64,000 nucleotides of DNA from an uncultured candidate division Zixibacteria bacterium (GTDB taxonomy: Bacteria > Zixibacteria > MSB-5A5 > UBA10806). The position numbers and the translations under genes were made by a program. The notes below the pieces were generated by a model. The model ran no database searches and was not told the origin of the DNA. It was given only the letters and a program-made list of their open reading frames with translations. Shown here in pieces: positions 63,392-64,000 of the stretch. The stretch spans positions 576,001 through 640,000 of the forward strand of contig CAWDFP010000006.1 of NCBI GenBank assembly GCA_963801605.1, in the 5' to 3' direction. Positions within the stretch are counted from its first letter, which is position 1; each line of letters opens with the position of its first letter.

Positions 63392-64000
63392 ATGAAAACT
63401 AAGCTCGTATTCATTGTTTTTTTGATGCTTTTAGGCGTAATGGCCTGTAGTACTAGCCCAACTACGCCATCAGTGATTGTTCCAATCTCAATTGGCAGTC
63501 CTGCTGACGGAGCAATGCTAACTGACCCTGTCTATATTACAGCCAATCCTGGCGCGGGTTACACATTCAGGAGAGTAGACTTTTATATCGATAGCGTTTT
63601 AGTGGCAACCGATTCGGTAGCTCCATTCCAATACTTCTGGAATATTTTCTCCTATACAAGCGGGACCAGTCGCCTCATTTACGCAGTGGGCACAACAGCC
63701 GACACGACCTATACTGCTCAGGCAATCCATGTCACACCTAATTTCACGCGCGGTTTTTCGTTTATATCAACTTATCGGCCGGGATCGCAGCATGCGCTTG
63801 GAATAGCGAATTATTATAATGTTCTATTTATTTCCACCGGTGATGCCGGCTTGGAAGTGCTGGACATTACGATGAGATCCCAACCGCTTTTCCGTTCGCG
63901 ATTGGCCACTACCGGCCCGGCTCAACATGCGGCGGTTTCGTTTCCTTTTGTTTATATTGCAGATCGCGACCAGGGAGTTGAAATGGCCAATTTCGAGAAT
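63392..64000 (+). CDS. Lipoprotein with Ig-like domain and LVIVD-type repeats (3' truncated; absent from ORF track)
   Basis: Manual translation: MKTKLVF..VMAC, SPADGA, RVDFYID...APFQYFW, GDAGLEVLDI, VYIADRDQGV; open to the window end. Confidence 0.8.
   Translation, partial: MKTKLVFIVFLMLLGVMACSTSPTTPSVIVPISIGSPADGAMLTDPVYITANPGAGYTFRRVDFYIDSVLVATDSVAPFQYFWNIFSYTSGTSRLIYAVGTTADTTYTAQAIHVTPNFTRGFSFISTYRPGSQHALGIANYYNVLFISTGDAGLEVLDITMRSQPLFRSRLATTGPAQHAAVSFPFVYIADRDQGVEMANFEN

Overview
Mostly core chromosome of a diderm anaerobe. The C-terminal NYPNPFN-type sorting domain, a TWGxIK tail, HmuY/TonB genes and palindromic repeats suggest an FCB-group candidate phylum such as Zixibacteria (inference). 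There are about 55 CDSs. They cover EPS glycosyltransferases, a FadF-like Fe-S oxidoreductase with a Crp/Fnr regulator, a four-gene uncharacterised membrane operon (FN3 + DUF6754-like), thpR-recA-recX, HmuY + TonB receptor, a catalytically dead PdxJ homologue, malQ, and rex with a perfect Rex box. They also include an RsbV/RsbW/PP2C partner-switching module, an AT-rich REP-flanked islet, an arginine decarboxylase/agmatinase operon interleaved with two methyltransferases, mfd-PPIase x3-hslR-hflX, M20 and M16 peptidases, hbd-crt, a MacAB-type exporter, hgcC-like + arsM, and an S8 protease. No rRNA, tRNA, CRISPR array or transposase was recognised. Many genes carry single frameshifts that look like sequencing errors. 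Best leads: the membrane operon at 5765-9100, a possible methylated-polyamine pathway, a two-copy four-way-junction repeat, and the dead PdxJ.
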